Below are positions 35,889 through 46,540 of a stretch of 52,280 nt of DNA, in pieces. The translations under genes and the position numbers were made by a program. Origin of the DNA: Perkinsela sp. CCAP 1560/9 (taxonomy: Eukaryota; Protista; Euglenozoa: Kinetoplastea). Under the pieces are notes generated by a model. It ran no database searches. It was not told the origin of the DNA and saw nothing but the letters and a program-made list of their open reading frames with translations. Positions within the stretch are counted from its first letter, which is position 1; every line of letters begins with the position of its first letter. The stretch covers positions 1 to 52,280 of the forward strand of contig CBFFSA010000055.1 in the NCBI GenBank assembly GCA_965644495.1. The letters run 5' to 3'.

Positions 35889-36471
35889 AGTGTTTTATCA
35901 TGCACTTATAGTGCAGAGATTTGCTCACCATGTCCTTATCCCGCATACGACGGGTGGATCATGTGAGGTTTCGTCCTCGCCGGAGGTGTGCGGGTGCGGA
36001 GAGCTGGCGTCCCAGGTGCAGAGAGCTCGGTTGTCATGTGCAGGTGCAGAGAGCCGGATGCGTAATCCCCATATTACAGTTTCGGGGGCAATCCGGGTGC
36101 AGAGAGCTGCGACAGAGCCGAGATGCGGAGAGCTGGGCGACCGCCAGGTGCAGAGAGCCGATTCTCGTCGGCGGAGGACACGTCTAGTGGTCCTCAAGGG
36201 AGGCCACCGTGACGCATGGCCCTCTCGGAGAGGAAAAAGACAAGCCGAAAAAAAGCCGAGAGGGGGAAGCACACTCACTCCAGGGGAGTGAGTCGGGGAG
36301 GGGTGAAGTGGTGAAAGCGCGTCCCCTGCTTCAGCGACAAGAGGGACAGTTCCGACCTTAGTGCCGGCCGGCAACGGGCATGAAAATACAGTAAGGGTAT
36401 GCCCGTTGCCGGGGAAAGAAAGGATGAACTAAGGAAAAAGTACCAACAAGGTACAGAAACTGTATCTTTAT
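35889..36471. mobile_element. SL-terminated, highly structured non-coding insertion with no TSD, TIR or poly(A)
   Basis: Boundaries are defined by the paralog. It is GC-rich, has six GTGCRGAGAG-type motifs, and has an SL-like terminus. Confidence 0.8.
36440..36471 (-). ncRNA. Spliced-leader RNA-like segment (exon nt 12-39 plus donor GTAC)
   Basis: ATAAAGATACAGTTTCTGTACCTTGTTG|GTAC has an exact 16-mer, GATACAGTTTCTGTAC, of the trypanosomatid/bodonid SL exon, correctly spaced from TTG|GTA. Confidence 0.75.
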
Positions 36472-37342
36472 CGAAATGCTTTTAACTGAGAAGGAAGATA
36501 TCCGAGGTCTAATGAGCCGCAAAGAGTGTTATACGTCCACCTGATATCTGTCACAGTTCCATTCTTGTCACACTTAACTCCTTCCCACAGACATCCAGGA
36601 CACTCTGTCGTCCAGGATTTACGAGGGTTGTCTATGCCTCTGACAAGCCGCGCTAAATCATACTCGATGGGAAGATCGGTGCCGCGTATCTTAGACCCGG
36701 GATAGAGTGCACTCTGTTTTGTACCGTTTTCCTTCAAATCCTGGTCAGCACAGTGCAAAAGACCCATTACATGAGACGTCATGTGTAAAAGCTTTTATTT
36801 GCAAGAGAGAGAGTATGCGATACTCCGTAACCTTTGAAAGCAAGCTAATATTCGTAATATTTTAATATCCTCGGAATTAAACGTAAACGTAAGGGAATAT
36901 CCGCCATGGGTTCGGCAAATACTTTCACAAATCATATGTCAATGAATCAACGCATAATTTTTTATAGAACAGTGCTATAAATTTCTGTCAAAAAACACGT
37001 GGAACGCGAAGCTAAAAGTAAGCACATAAAAAATCACTTTAAAATTGGCTCAACGGGGAAAACTACACGAAAAAGCCCAAACCACACGTAAATAATTTCT
37101 CATACGGAAATAAAAATATCAACGCGTTGGGTCAGTGAAAAAAATCAATTTCATAATACTTTCGCAACTACCAAAACTAGAATCCATCACTTGAAATGTA
37201 TCTTTTTGACTGCTACGAACCTGTTCCATGTCCATTCAAAATCATTTTCTCCTCTCACCACACCATAATCTTCCATGAAAAACCTAAACGAACCTATAAA
37301 ATCGGTCAAAAAAAACGTGCCACGCCATAAAAACCCCCGCCC

Positions 37343-38308
37343 CTACATCTCAAAAATCACCTTAATCCGGTCATACGCCACCACCACCAGCGACCCCCCG
37401 ATCCCGCGAAACAGCTCCGGGACCATCCCCTTGTACATCCCCCGCACCCCCTCCCTCCTCACCACCTCCCGCGCACACCCCCACGCCCCCCCATACCGCC
37501 TCATCCCCTTCGGTTTCTCACTCTCCAGCATCATACGACGCCGGATCGTGTCAAACGGGTAGTTCAGCGGCATCACCACGGTCCGGGCCACCGTGACCGC
37601 CGCGAACGCGCTCACCGCCCCCCTCGTCCCCTTGTCCCCGGCCCACGGGTTACTCTCCTGGATCTGCTTGAAGCAGCCCAGCTGGCCGGCGCGGTACACG
37701 AACGCCCCCGCGACCGTCACCCCCCAGCCCGTGTAGAGCCCCCGCAGCCCCTGAGCCCTCACCGTTTGGCTCAGGCAATCCGCAATCCCCCCAAACTGCG
37801 GCCTCCCCGCTTTGACATCACTCGCCAGCCGGGTACGGGCAAAGTCGAAGGGGTAGCAGATCGTGTTCGCGACCCCCCCGGCCAGGCCCCCGGCGGTGAG
37901 TTTCACCGCGAAGCTTTTCCAAAATTCTTTTTTGGAATCCACATGGGGGAACAAATGGGAATTGATCCAATCGTTGAATGCGAGCGCGCTGCCCTGCTGG
38001 GGGGCGTAGCGCAGGCAGTTGACGAGATTGCCCCGCCAGAAGGCTTTGGGGCCCTGCTCGGTGTAGACCCGAGTGGCGCAGTCGACGATCCCGTTGTAGG
38101 GTCTCTGGGACCCGTTGAGGATGTCGGGGTGGCTCTGCATGGTTTGGAGGAGGAGTTTGATGCGCTCGATGGGGGCCATGAGGGTTTTGGAGAGGGTGCC
38201 GACGAGACCGCCGAGGAGGAGGTCGGAGAGGAGCTGGGTGAGGCGGGAGGGTGGGGGAGAGGGGGGTGTGGGGGTTGTGGATTCTGAGGGAGACGTTGTG
38301 GAGGTCAT
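37343..38308 (-). CDS. AAC: Mitochondrial ADP/ATP carrier (SLC25), divergent type
   Basis: Three carrier repeats (APIERIKLLLQ, YPFDFARTRLA, YPFDTIRRRMML), FWRGNLVNCLRY, and the AAC signature variant RRRMML. Confidence 0.92.
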   Translation of the reverse strand: MTSTTSPSESTTPTPPSPPPSRLTQLLSDLLLGGLVGTLSKTLMAPIERIKLLLQTMQSHPDILNGSQRPYNGIVDCATRVYTEQGPKAFWRGNLVNCLRYAPQQGSALAFNDWINSHLFPHVDSKKEFWKSFAVKLTAGGLAGGVANTICYPFDFARTRLASDVKAGRPQFGGIADCLSQTVRAQGLRGLYTGWGVTVAGAFVYRAGQLGCFKQIQESNPWAGDKGTRGAVSAFAAVTVARTVVMPLNYPFDTIRRRMMLESEKPKGMRRYGGAWGCAREVVRREGVRGMYKGMVPELFRGIGGSLVVVAYDRIKVIFEM

Positions 38309-39945
38309 GGAAAGGGGAGAAATAGAGGGAGATGAATCCGAGATTAGGTTTATTTTTAAATACAGGTACGTAGATTTTCTTGGGAAAAAAAAATATTTTT
38401 TTTGCGAATTTTTTTTCTTAACGATAATACCACCCTTATTACAAGTCTCACGCCCCCAAAAAAATGAATTTCTTTTTTATCCGTTTTTGCTCATTTTTGT
38501 TGCAAACAAGAGATCTCGTTTCCCCAGTCGCCGTTCTCTCATAGTGATTTCTGGATACCCGTAGTGTCCCGTCCCACAGGTGTATACTCGAGTAGCGCAG
38601 TCGACAATCCCGTTGTAGGGTTTCTGGGACCCGTTGAGGATGTCGGGGTGGCTGTGCATGGTTTGGAGGAGGAGTTTGACGCGCTCGATGGGGGCCATGA
38701 GGGTTTTGGAGAGGGTGCCGACGAGACCGCCGAGGAGCAGGTCGGAGAGGAGCTGGGTGAGGCGGGAGGCTGGGGGGGATGTGGGGGTTGTGGGGGATGT
38801 GGATTCTGAGGGAGACATTGTGGAGGTCATGGAAAGGGGGGTAGGGAAATGGAGAGAGGGTGAGGAAGGGAGGAAATAGAGGGAGATGAATCCGAGATTA
38901 GGTTTATTTTTAAATACAGGTACGTAGATTTTCTTGGGAAAAAAATATTTTTTTTTGCTAATTTTTTTTCTTAACGATAATACAACCCTTATTACAACTC
39001 TCACTCCCCAAAAAAAAATGAATTTCCTTTTTATCCGTTTTTGCTCATTTTTGTTGCAAACAAGAGATCTCGTTTCCCCAGTCGCCTTTCTCTCATAGTG
39101 ATTTCTGGATACCCGTAGTGTCCCGTCCCACAGGTGTATACTCGAGTGGCGCAGTCCATGATCCCGTTGTAGGGTCTATGGGACCCGTTGAGGATGTCGG
39201 GGTGGCTGTGCATGGTTTGGAGGAGGAGTTTGACGCGCTCGATGGGGGCCATGAGGGTTTTGGAGAGGGTGCCGACGAGACCGCCGAGGAGGAGGTCGGA
39301 GAGGAGCTGGGTGAGGCGGGAGGGTGGGGGAGAGGGGGGTGTGGGGGTTGTGGATTCTGAGGGAGACGTTGTGGAGGTCATGGAAAGGGGAGAAATAGAG
39401 GGAGATGAATCCGAGATTAGGTTTATTTTTAAATACAGGTGGGTAGATTTTCTTGGGAAAAAAATATTTTTTTTGCGAATTTTTTTTCTTAACGATAATA
39501 CCACCCTTATTACAAGTCTCACGCCCCCAAAAAAATGAATTTCCTTTTTATCCGTTTTTGCTCATTTTTGTTGCAAACAAGAGATCTCGTTTCCCCAGTC
39601 GCCGTTCTCTCATAGTGATTTCTGGATACCCGTAGTGTCCCGTCCCACAGGTGTATACTCGAGTAGCGCAGTCCATGATCTCGTTGTAGGGTTTCTGGGA
39701 CCCGTTGAGGATGTCGGGGTGGCTGTGCATGGTTTGGAGGAGGAGTTTGATGCGCTCGATGGGGGCCATGAGGGTTTTGGAAAGGGTGCCGACGAGACCG
39801 CCGAGGAGGAGGTCGGAGAGGGGGGTGGGTGGGTTGTGAGGGAGACGTTGTGGAGGTCATGGAAAGGGGAGAGAGGGTGAGGAAGGGAGGAAATAGAGGG
39901 AGATGAATCCGACATTAGGTTGTTCTAAATACAGGTGGGTTGATT
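38309..39945 (-). repeat. Tandem array (517-554-bp period) of AAC 5' fragments plus a transposon-end-like spacer
   Basis: Partial AAC copies at 38579-38830, 39133-39381 and 39650-39860 (last has an internal deletion). All break at ...RVYT and continue into the same ~220-bp spacer. Confidence 0.9.
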
Positions 39946-40109
39946 TTCTTGTAAAATTTGATCTTAACGAGCATACAACCCTTCTCGTAAGCCTTCGCCC
40001 CCCCCCCGGCCCGACTTTGTTCTTTTTCATAAGGGGTAAAATAACTTACACTGTAAAACTTTATAATGATATACTGCTCTATAGTATTTCAAAATACATT
40101 TTGTTATAC

Positions 40110-40859
40110 TGTACCCCCCCTAGTTATCTGTCACACGTCACCCCCACTAGTTATCTGTCACTTTTTGGGACTTGGATTTTTTTTCGTCGACTATGCCCCC
40201 AGTTAACTGTCACCTTTTAAAAATAGGTACAAAGCGTCACTTCCAAGGCGTCGATACATTCAATACATGGATACAACGTTTTTTATCAACCCCTCTCTCC
40301 CGTCGGACTGGTCAAGATCCCATATGTCTCATTTTGGATGCCTCTACACAGTACCGATTAAGTGAATCTGTACATTCCTCGGTCCGAAGCAGCAATGTAC
40401 ACATTCCTCGCCTACCTCCAAAGATGACTCATGTGTTTCAGCCTGCTGACCAGCACGTACTACGTTCAATTCGTCAGTTCAGTGTTACTGCAGGAGCTCG
40501 CTGCTAATAAGGGGACTGAGGATGTGCTTAAAAATTTGTTCCTAGGGGGCAAGTACGTAGTCCGACAGCGAAAGTATAAATTTCTTTCCGAAGCTATTGG
40601 CAACACTCCGCCACGCGTAATTACGAAATCATGGGATGTTACGGGCATTTCTAAATATGTCTACTCGGACGTGATAGAGGCGGAGGTCAAAAGAACTTTC
40701 GACAAAATGAAAGAAGAGGCAGGTAGTACAGCTCAAATCCTTATTCGAATCGAAGTCTTTTCCCCGAAAGAAGTAAACGAAATCAGCCCGAACGAAATCA
40801 AGCGTCGTAACACAGGAAGTTCTTCGAGTTCTTTCAAAAACTGTAACGCTTATTGTTAG
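40110..40859 (+). pseudogene. pogo transposase fragment related to the 20444 transposase
   Basis: LILDASTQY, PPKMTHVFQPADQ and SWDVTGI motifs; preceded by a TA CTGTACCCCCC end. Confidence 0.75.
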
Positions 40860-41553
40860 TTTGTATTTACTACTCTAAGTTTTTTACCTCATCACACGGT
40901 AGCTTCGAATGTTCGTTTGTTATTTATGCTACTCTAAATTTTTCACCTCACGGTAGCTGAATACATTTTCATCGGTTTTTAGAACTTTTCATTTTTCGGC
41001 TCTCCGAGAAAGGAGTCGACAAAGGGCAGGCATGGTCCCTTATTATTCCTCCCACCCTTCTCTATCCGACACGCTCTCTAAAAAAGGTTGAATACAACCC
41101 TTTGTAGAGTATCCCCGCTCAGAACAGAACTCCGCTTATCTCTGTCTCATCCTACCGACGGCCATTCTCCCCCACAACGTGAAGCTTATGAAATAAGAAA
41201 GGCTACGTGCCCCCAGTAAAGACTCGTGAAAATACTTGCGCGACTCATGTCGTACACAATATGTATCGTCCTCCGTTTAATGCATATCGAAAGGATGTTT
41301 TACTTCGTTTGAACCTCAGCAAACAAGAGATTCTCACCGAGACGTGAAAAATAATGATGATTCAGAGAGTCGACTCCTATCCAGGCGATTCTAGTCGCTT
41401 TCTGTGAACCTCTATAGAGTTCGGACTTGTTAATTTGAAGACACACAACATAAACCCCCTATAGGGGACATGGAGGGTCTAGGGGCACACACTTTTTTAC
41501 AGGGTTCGCACAAACTATAATATAGTAAAATATAGTTTTTTCCATTGAATATA

Positions 41554-42302
41554 CAGTCCAGCTCTTGGCTTCCCCCCAGGCTCCAGAGCGTACCGTAAGA
41601 GCTTTTGGCCTAATTCCTTCGGCATTCAACAGATCTCAAAAAACTAGTGCGTTCCCCACCGTTGCTTTGCCTAGGACTCCCCCTGGGTCCTAGGTGGGCG
41701 TGGTGAAAGTTGGGAAATTTTCCCCAATTTGGTTTTTTGAAGGGGGTAAAAACATAAGAAATGTGTATAAATTCCTATGCACTAGTACCCACAATGGTCT
41801 CCTTTAACGCGCTGCACAATGCGCAGGCGTTTAGGAACAGAATTTATACAATCACTTTTTTAATTTCCATCTAGACAAGATATTACGTATAGTTTTTCTG
41901 TCTCTGCCAAAATTTTTGGCCAACGCATGAACACTAAGCCCCTTTTTACATTGGAGGACAAGTTCAAGGCGCTCTGGGAGGGTACATCGCACTATTTTAT
42001 GAGTGATTGGGGGTGTTTTGTTTTTGGGAGAGTTGGCATATTGTCCTTGTGTAGATTTAACGGGAGTATCCCGCAAATACATTGAATGAGAAACCATTTA
42101 TGAAGAAAAAAAACTCTGAAAAAATGGAAAAATTGGATTTTGTTTGTAAATTATGAAAAAACACCTATTTTTTCGTTTATTTTTTAGCTATGATGCGCAT
42201 AGGGGTCGGTATGGTCAAAAAGACGGCGGTAAACGCTCCAGTTTTTCGAGATCTGTTGAATGCCGAAGGAAATAGGTCAAAAGCTCTTACGGTGCTGGAC
42301 TG
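41554..42302 (-). mobile_element. Internally deleted Tc1 element with an HTH fragment (41852-42097)
   Basis: TA CAGTCCAGC ... GCTGGACTG TA; long IR (CCGTAAGAGCTTTTG..CCTTCGGCATTCAACAGATCTC); GLSVHALAKNFGRDRKTIRNILSRW. Confidence 0.78.
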
Positions 42303-42596
42303 TAGTTACTATAAACCTAGGGACACGATAAGTCACCCCCCTCTAAAATTTGTGTAAAGTCTTCGCTTGGACTAATTTTTGTTGCATTTTGCAAATCTCG
42401 GTGACGCTTGTTTGCGCATATTTATAGTACTATTTACTATATTTTACTATAAAACTATAAGAAAACTATAAAGTTTTTTTTCACTTTACAAGTGATATTT
42501 TTTGAGTCCTCTCCGCTTGTGAGGACGTACACATGCCTCTACACGCTTTCTTACACGCTTACATACGTATGATATGACAAGAAATTATGAAAAAAA

Positions 42597-42792
42597 TGTA
42601 ACCCAAGCTAAAGTGGACGAGGGAGCTAGTAAAAGCACCTTTGGCAAACCACCACAAAAATGGAAGGGCATGTCCCTTAAAGATTCTTTTGTCGCATCGG
42701 AATCCTTTACAAACCGGAAGAGACCATTCCATTTTTGGGGTTGTTTAAAGATGCTTTTAGAACCTCTCTTGTCCACTTTAGCCTGGGTTACA
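42597..42792. mobile_element. Fold-back MITE
   Basis: TGTAACCCAAGCTAAAGTGGAC ... GTCCACTTTAGCCTGGGTTACA; near-palindromic throughout. Confidence 0.75.
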
Positions 42793-43542
42793 TAGCTATC
42801 GAAACATGCTTCCTCTTCCCCGAGGTTTCACCGCCGAAAAAAATCATCGACTAGTGCGTTATCTCCTCGGAAATAGCAATGAAAAATAGAAATCTGAAAT
42901 AGCAGTGAAGCGCATGCGAAAGGAGTGACGATAGTAAACACACACTTTCCACCGGACAACACACCGCGTAATTTATTCAAACTCATAAGATTATATTTAT
43001 TCAAATTCATAAAATTGTGAGCCGCGGTTATTCAGTCCCAAGACATAACGTCGGTGGCTCCAGCCAATGCACGGCGACAGTAATGTAGTGAGATTCGCAT
43101 AAGGCCATCTGTCAAGGCCACACGATGGGACTGGGGTACGTCCCCTCCTGACATAAGTTACATTCAACCGCTTCTTTACTTCCCTCCGTGCGCAACACTT
43201 CAATAAAATAATCTTTGCAGAAACTAGCCCTCGTACCTTTTATATCGGGCATCAATTTTCGGGTTTAAAAATAGAAAAATCGTACACAAATGAATTCTCT
43301 GTGTATTTATGGCGTGTTGGTGTGCTTCGGAGTGCTTAAAATGTGAAACAAAAAATATAGTTTCTTATAGTTTTTAAAAAAAAAGTTTATAGTAACTATA
43401 TAGTACTATATTGATAGTTTTATAGTTTCTGCGAACCCTGCCTTTTTATATTTTTGTACTTTTTTAAAATCTTGTCCAAGGAAGTGGCAGATTGTGCCGC
43501 AGCTATATCATTTGAGTAGGGTACAACAAGTTGGGTACACAT

Positions 43543-43736
43543 GAGGGGCTGCGGGTCGTGGCATACAAGACCGCGCCTTGTTTTTGGCTTTGAGGGACAA
43601 CATAATTCACGTTTCGTGTCCCTGGGTAGAGAGTAGGGCATAATTTGGTAAAAAAAGAATTTTTACTTCGTATACGGGGGTCAACAATTTCCGGCGGGCC
43701 CAAAGAGACCACGGCTAACGTCATCCGCAACCGCTC
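43543..43736. mobile_element. Sola-like MITE with 4-bp TSD ACAT
   Basis: ACAT GAGGGGCTGCGGGTCGTGGCA...CCGCAACCGCTC ACAT; same family as 9749-10639. Further ends at ~1355, 47036, 47308, 51502 and 51649. Confidence 0.75.
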
Positions 43737-44599
43737 ACATGTGTAGTGTAATTTCTTTTTCAGTCGCTTTTATGTTTTCAACTTAGAAATCACTGCTGCT
43801 GCGCGCTTCGCGTTGAAAACTACCTCCGCGTTTGATGAAGCGACTAAAAATATTTGGAGACGAAAACGATCATACAACTGATGTGGAATCATACAACTTA
43901 TGATATATCAACTTTGCTTGTTAAGTAATACTTTACTTGGTAAACGGAGCAGTATGGGTTTTGTGAGGGGAAAAGGTAGAGAAGAAAATTATGAAAACGT
44001 TTTGCGTCACCAAAGAAGGCGTCAGTTAAATCAGTTAAATGATTTTTCTTCATTTCTCACGGAAGATGTTCCACACTGATGAAGCGCTTGTCAGGATCGC
44101 CCGGAGCTGAACTCAAATTCATCTCTGATTCGTGCAAGTGCTTCCGCTTCTTTAGCGAGGTATCACATTCTTCGGTGAGGTCATTTTCCAGAAGAGTGGA
44201 CATTGTATATTGAGACATTGCGTATTATCGTTAGCAAATATTTAAACCGATCGACACGAATAAGTCACCCCCCTTGGGAGCTCCGGTGGTCCAGAGTTGG
44301 AAAAAAAACGATAGTTCTGTAGGCTAAAAATGTGCAATGAAAAACATGATTGCCGCATCCTCTAACTTAAGCAGAAAAGATTAACGAAAAAAACAATAAA
44401 CAACAATATAATAATTGTATTTCGGTGTGTTAATAAGCGAAATGTGCTATATTAACGAAGCGTAGAACGAAAATTTAAGACAAAGGTCCTTGGCGCTTCT
44501 AGGCGCTACCAGGAGCTCCCCCCCAGAGTCACCCTTCTCAGTACTACTACTCTAATCTTTAAAAGAAATTGAGATTTTGTCCACAAAATAAAAGAAACG

Positions 44600-45334
44600 C
44601 TACTTTAATAAACGTGCAATCCTTGTGTTCTCAATCTTCAGACCTGCGCGCAGCAGTAGGGGAATATGATATTCTTTCACCTTACCGCAAAGATTAATGT
44701 TGTTTGCTAAATTTAACTCTTCCAATGAACATGGAATGCTACGAAGATCAATTTTTCCAGAAAAATTATTTTCTTCAAGCCGGAGTATAACCATATTAGG
44801 CAGTTTTCTGAAGCAAAGGTCTCCGGATAGCATATTTCTGCCAAGATAAAGGTATCGAAGCTGCGACGGCAATTTGGTCAGGCAAACTTCTCCTGTAAAT
44901 TGGTTACCAGAGAGAACCAAAGTCTTTAAATCAGGAGGGAGAGCTGTCAAGTCCAATGTTCCGCTGAGCTGATTGTTGCGAAGGCTTAACGTACGCAGCT
45001 TCGGAGGAAACGTTTCAAGTGACACTTCGCCGAAGAGTTGGTTAACGTTGGCGTAAAAGATGTGAATCGTTTCGGGCAGATGGCTGTAGTTTAACGAACC
45101 CTTCAATTCCCTCGACCACCACGATATGGACATTACACTATTGGTGTTGTTGCAATCGACACCACTCCACTTACAGGCCGGAGTAGATGTAGTCCATGAT
45201 GAATTCGGATTTTCAACATCGTGTACAACTTGCTCAAGTTGAAATTCTTGTGGAAGATTTGTTATACTCACCTTTGCTGCACGTCTTGCTATTTGCGGCG
45301 CTGGAATATCCGCGGCATGAATGGGCCGAAACAT
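44600..45334 (-). CDS. Leucine-rich repeat protein
   Basis: RRAAKVSITNLPQEF, SWTTSTPACKWSGVDC cap and about 6 LRRs. Confidence 0.88.
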   Translation of the reverse strand: MFRPIHAADIPAPQIARRAAKVSITNLPQEFQLEQVVHDVENPNSSWTTSTPACKWSGVDCNNTNSVMSISWWSRELKGSLNYSHLPETIHIFYANVNQLFGEVSLETFPPKLRTLSLRNNQLSGTLDLTALPPDLKTLVLSGNQFTGEVCLTKLPSQLRYLYLGRNMLSGDLCFRKLPNMVILRLEENNFSGKIDLRSIPCSLEELNLANNINLCGKVKEYHIPLLLRAGLKIENTRIARLLK

Positions 45335-45631
45335 GAAACCAAAAATTATATGTATTTTTTTATGGAATCTTCAATTTGTTGGTCACATTAATTATTTTAC
45401 CCTATTTTTCGTTAAAAACATTGGCTATATTGGTACTAATCCTTCCGCTTTCTTCCGCTTTCTTAGCCAATTTTTCATTTTTAGTCGCTTCGTTAAACGC
45501 AGTGGAAGTTTTTAACTTCTGTAGAAGTTGAACGACCTTCTCAACGGGGGGTATGGTAAGCTGGACAGTGGTTTACTTCGATGAGAAGTTAGATTATATG
45601 TTATTAAGCGCTCTTTTAGCTTTCCGTAAAA

Positions 45632-46540
45632 ATGAACAGCAATACTCCGTCACACCGTGAAAGCGAACACATTTCCTTACGTTTCGAGGTAGCATTTGAG
45701 GCTGAAGCATCACGTGAATTAAACACTGCACCGGAAACGTGGCACAATGCTGAGGTCAGGCCAGTATGCACAGGTTGCCCTGGGTTCTCTTGCGTCCGAT
45801 ACTGGCGAAGTCTCGGGGAGATCGCGCAAGGGGAGAACGCAGTACACTGTGGAGAGCCACGGCCTTTTGCGTCTTCCCGCTTGATGTGGCCATAGAATTT
45901 TGTACATGGAGGATGTGCCCGGAAAAAGCCACGTGTCGGTTTGTACTTTCGAGGTAATGGAGAGCCGAATCGATTAAAATTTAGTCATTAAATGTTCGAA
46001 GTACGAACCATACATCAGCGCCCGGACCCATTTAACACCCGGAAATCTCTTACCTCTGCGAGGGGATATAAATAACAATTTGTGTATGGGTCAAATCGCA
46101 AAGGAATCATGGAATACGGCGCAAGACAGTTGAAAAGATACTAAGCCATTTGGGTAATGCGGCTCTTTTCCAAGAAGAAACGAGTACGTACAATTTTTCA
46201 AAGGTGCAAGCAGACGAGACCTTTATTGGCACAAGGAAATATCATCGGGGGAAACGGACCCGTAAATTTGGATGGTGGTTCGCCCCTGTGACGGAAGTAA
46301 AAGGTCACGACATGGGGCGCACCCACTGGAAACTAGCCAAGTGTCGCGACGCTAAAAATTTCATTCCCCCACACCTCACAAGTGCAGAGGAACGTTGCGC
46401 CCCAGTGTGTTAAGTTTGGCGAGGTACACAGCAACCGAGAGCAATCTTGGCAGACAAGATTTGTGAACGTGATGGATTGCGTTGTTCAATGGATGTACTG
46501 CAGAAGTGTATGGTTTTGCCTGCCACCATTTGCCACCGTC
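45632..46540 (+). pseudogene. Merlin transposase pseudogene
   Basis: VQADETFIGTRKYHRGKR motif typical of Merlin/IS1595 transposases; fragmented. Confidence 0.78.

Larger units (their letters stand above)
35534..36782 (-). pseudogene. LRR gene (paralog of 29440-30129) interrupted by a 583-bp insertion
   Basis: Removing 35889-36471 restores GGAAAGCG|CGAAATG and the reading frame KAFRAF seen in the paralog. Confidence 0.9.
41500..43440. mobile_element. hAT-type non-autonomous element (CAGGGTTCGCA TIR, ~8-bp TSD) with nested insertions
   Basis: CAGGGTTCGCA(C/G)AAACTATAA at both ends; flanks CTTTTTTA / CCTTTTTA (7/8); AACTATA subterminal repeats. Confidence 0.72.

Noticed and set aside
35994-36158. 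CRISPR-like repeat-spacer array
   Set aside because: The repeats are only 10-12 nt, the spacers are irregular and pair with one another, and there are no cas genes.
35920-36187. Hammerhead ribozyme on the minus strand (GTCC...GGACGAAAC)
   Set aside because: The core reads CTAGACGT rather than CTGANGA, and stem III is not followed by the required UH. At best a degenerate relic.
35889-36471. Spliceosomal or group II intron in the LRR gene
   Set aside because: Ends on the gene strand are ATA...ACT, not GT-AG or GTGYG-AY. The GAGAGCCGGATGCG domain-V-like stretch is on the opposite strand and lacks the rest of domain V.
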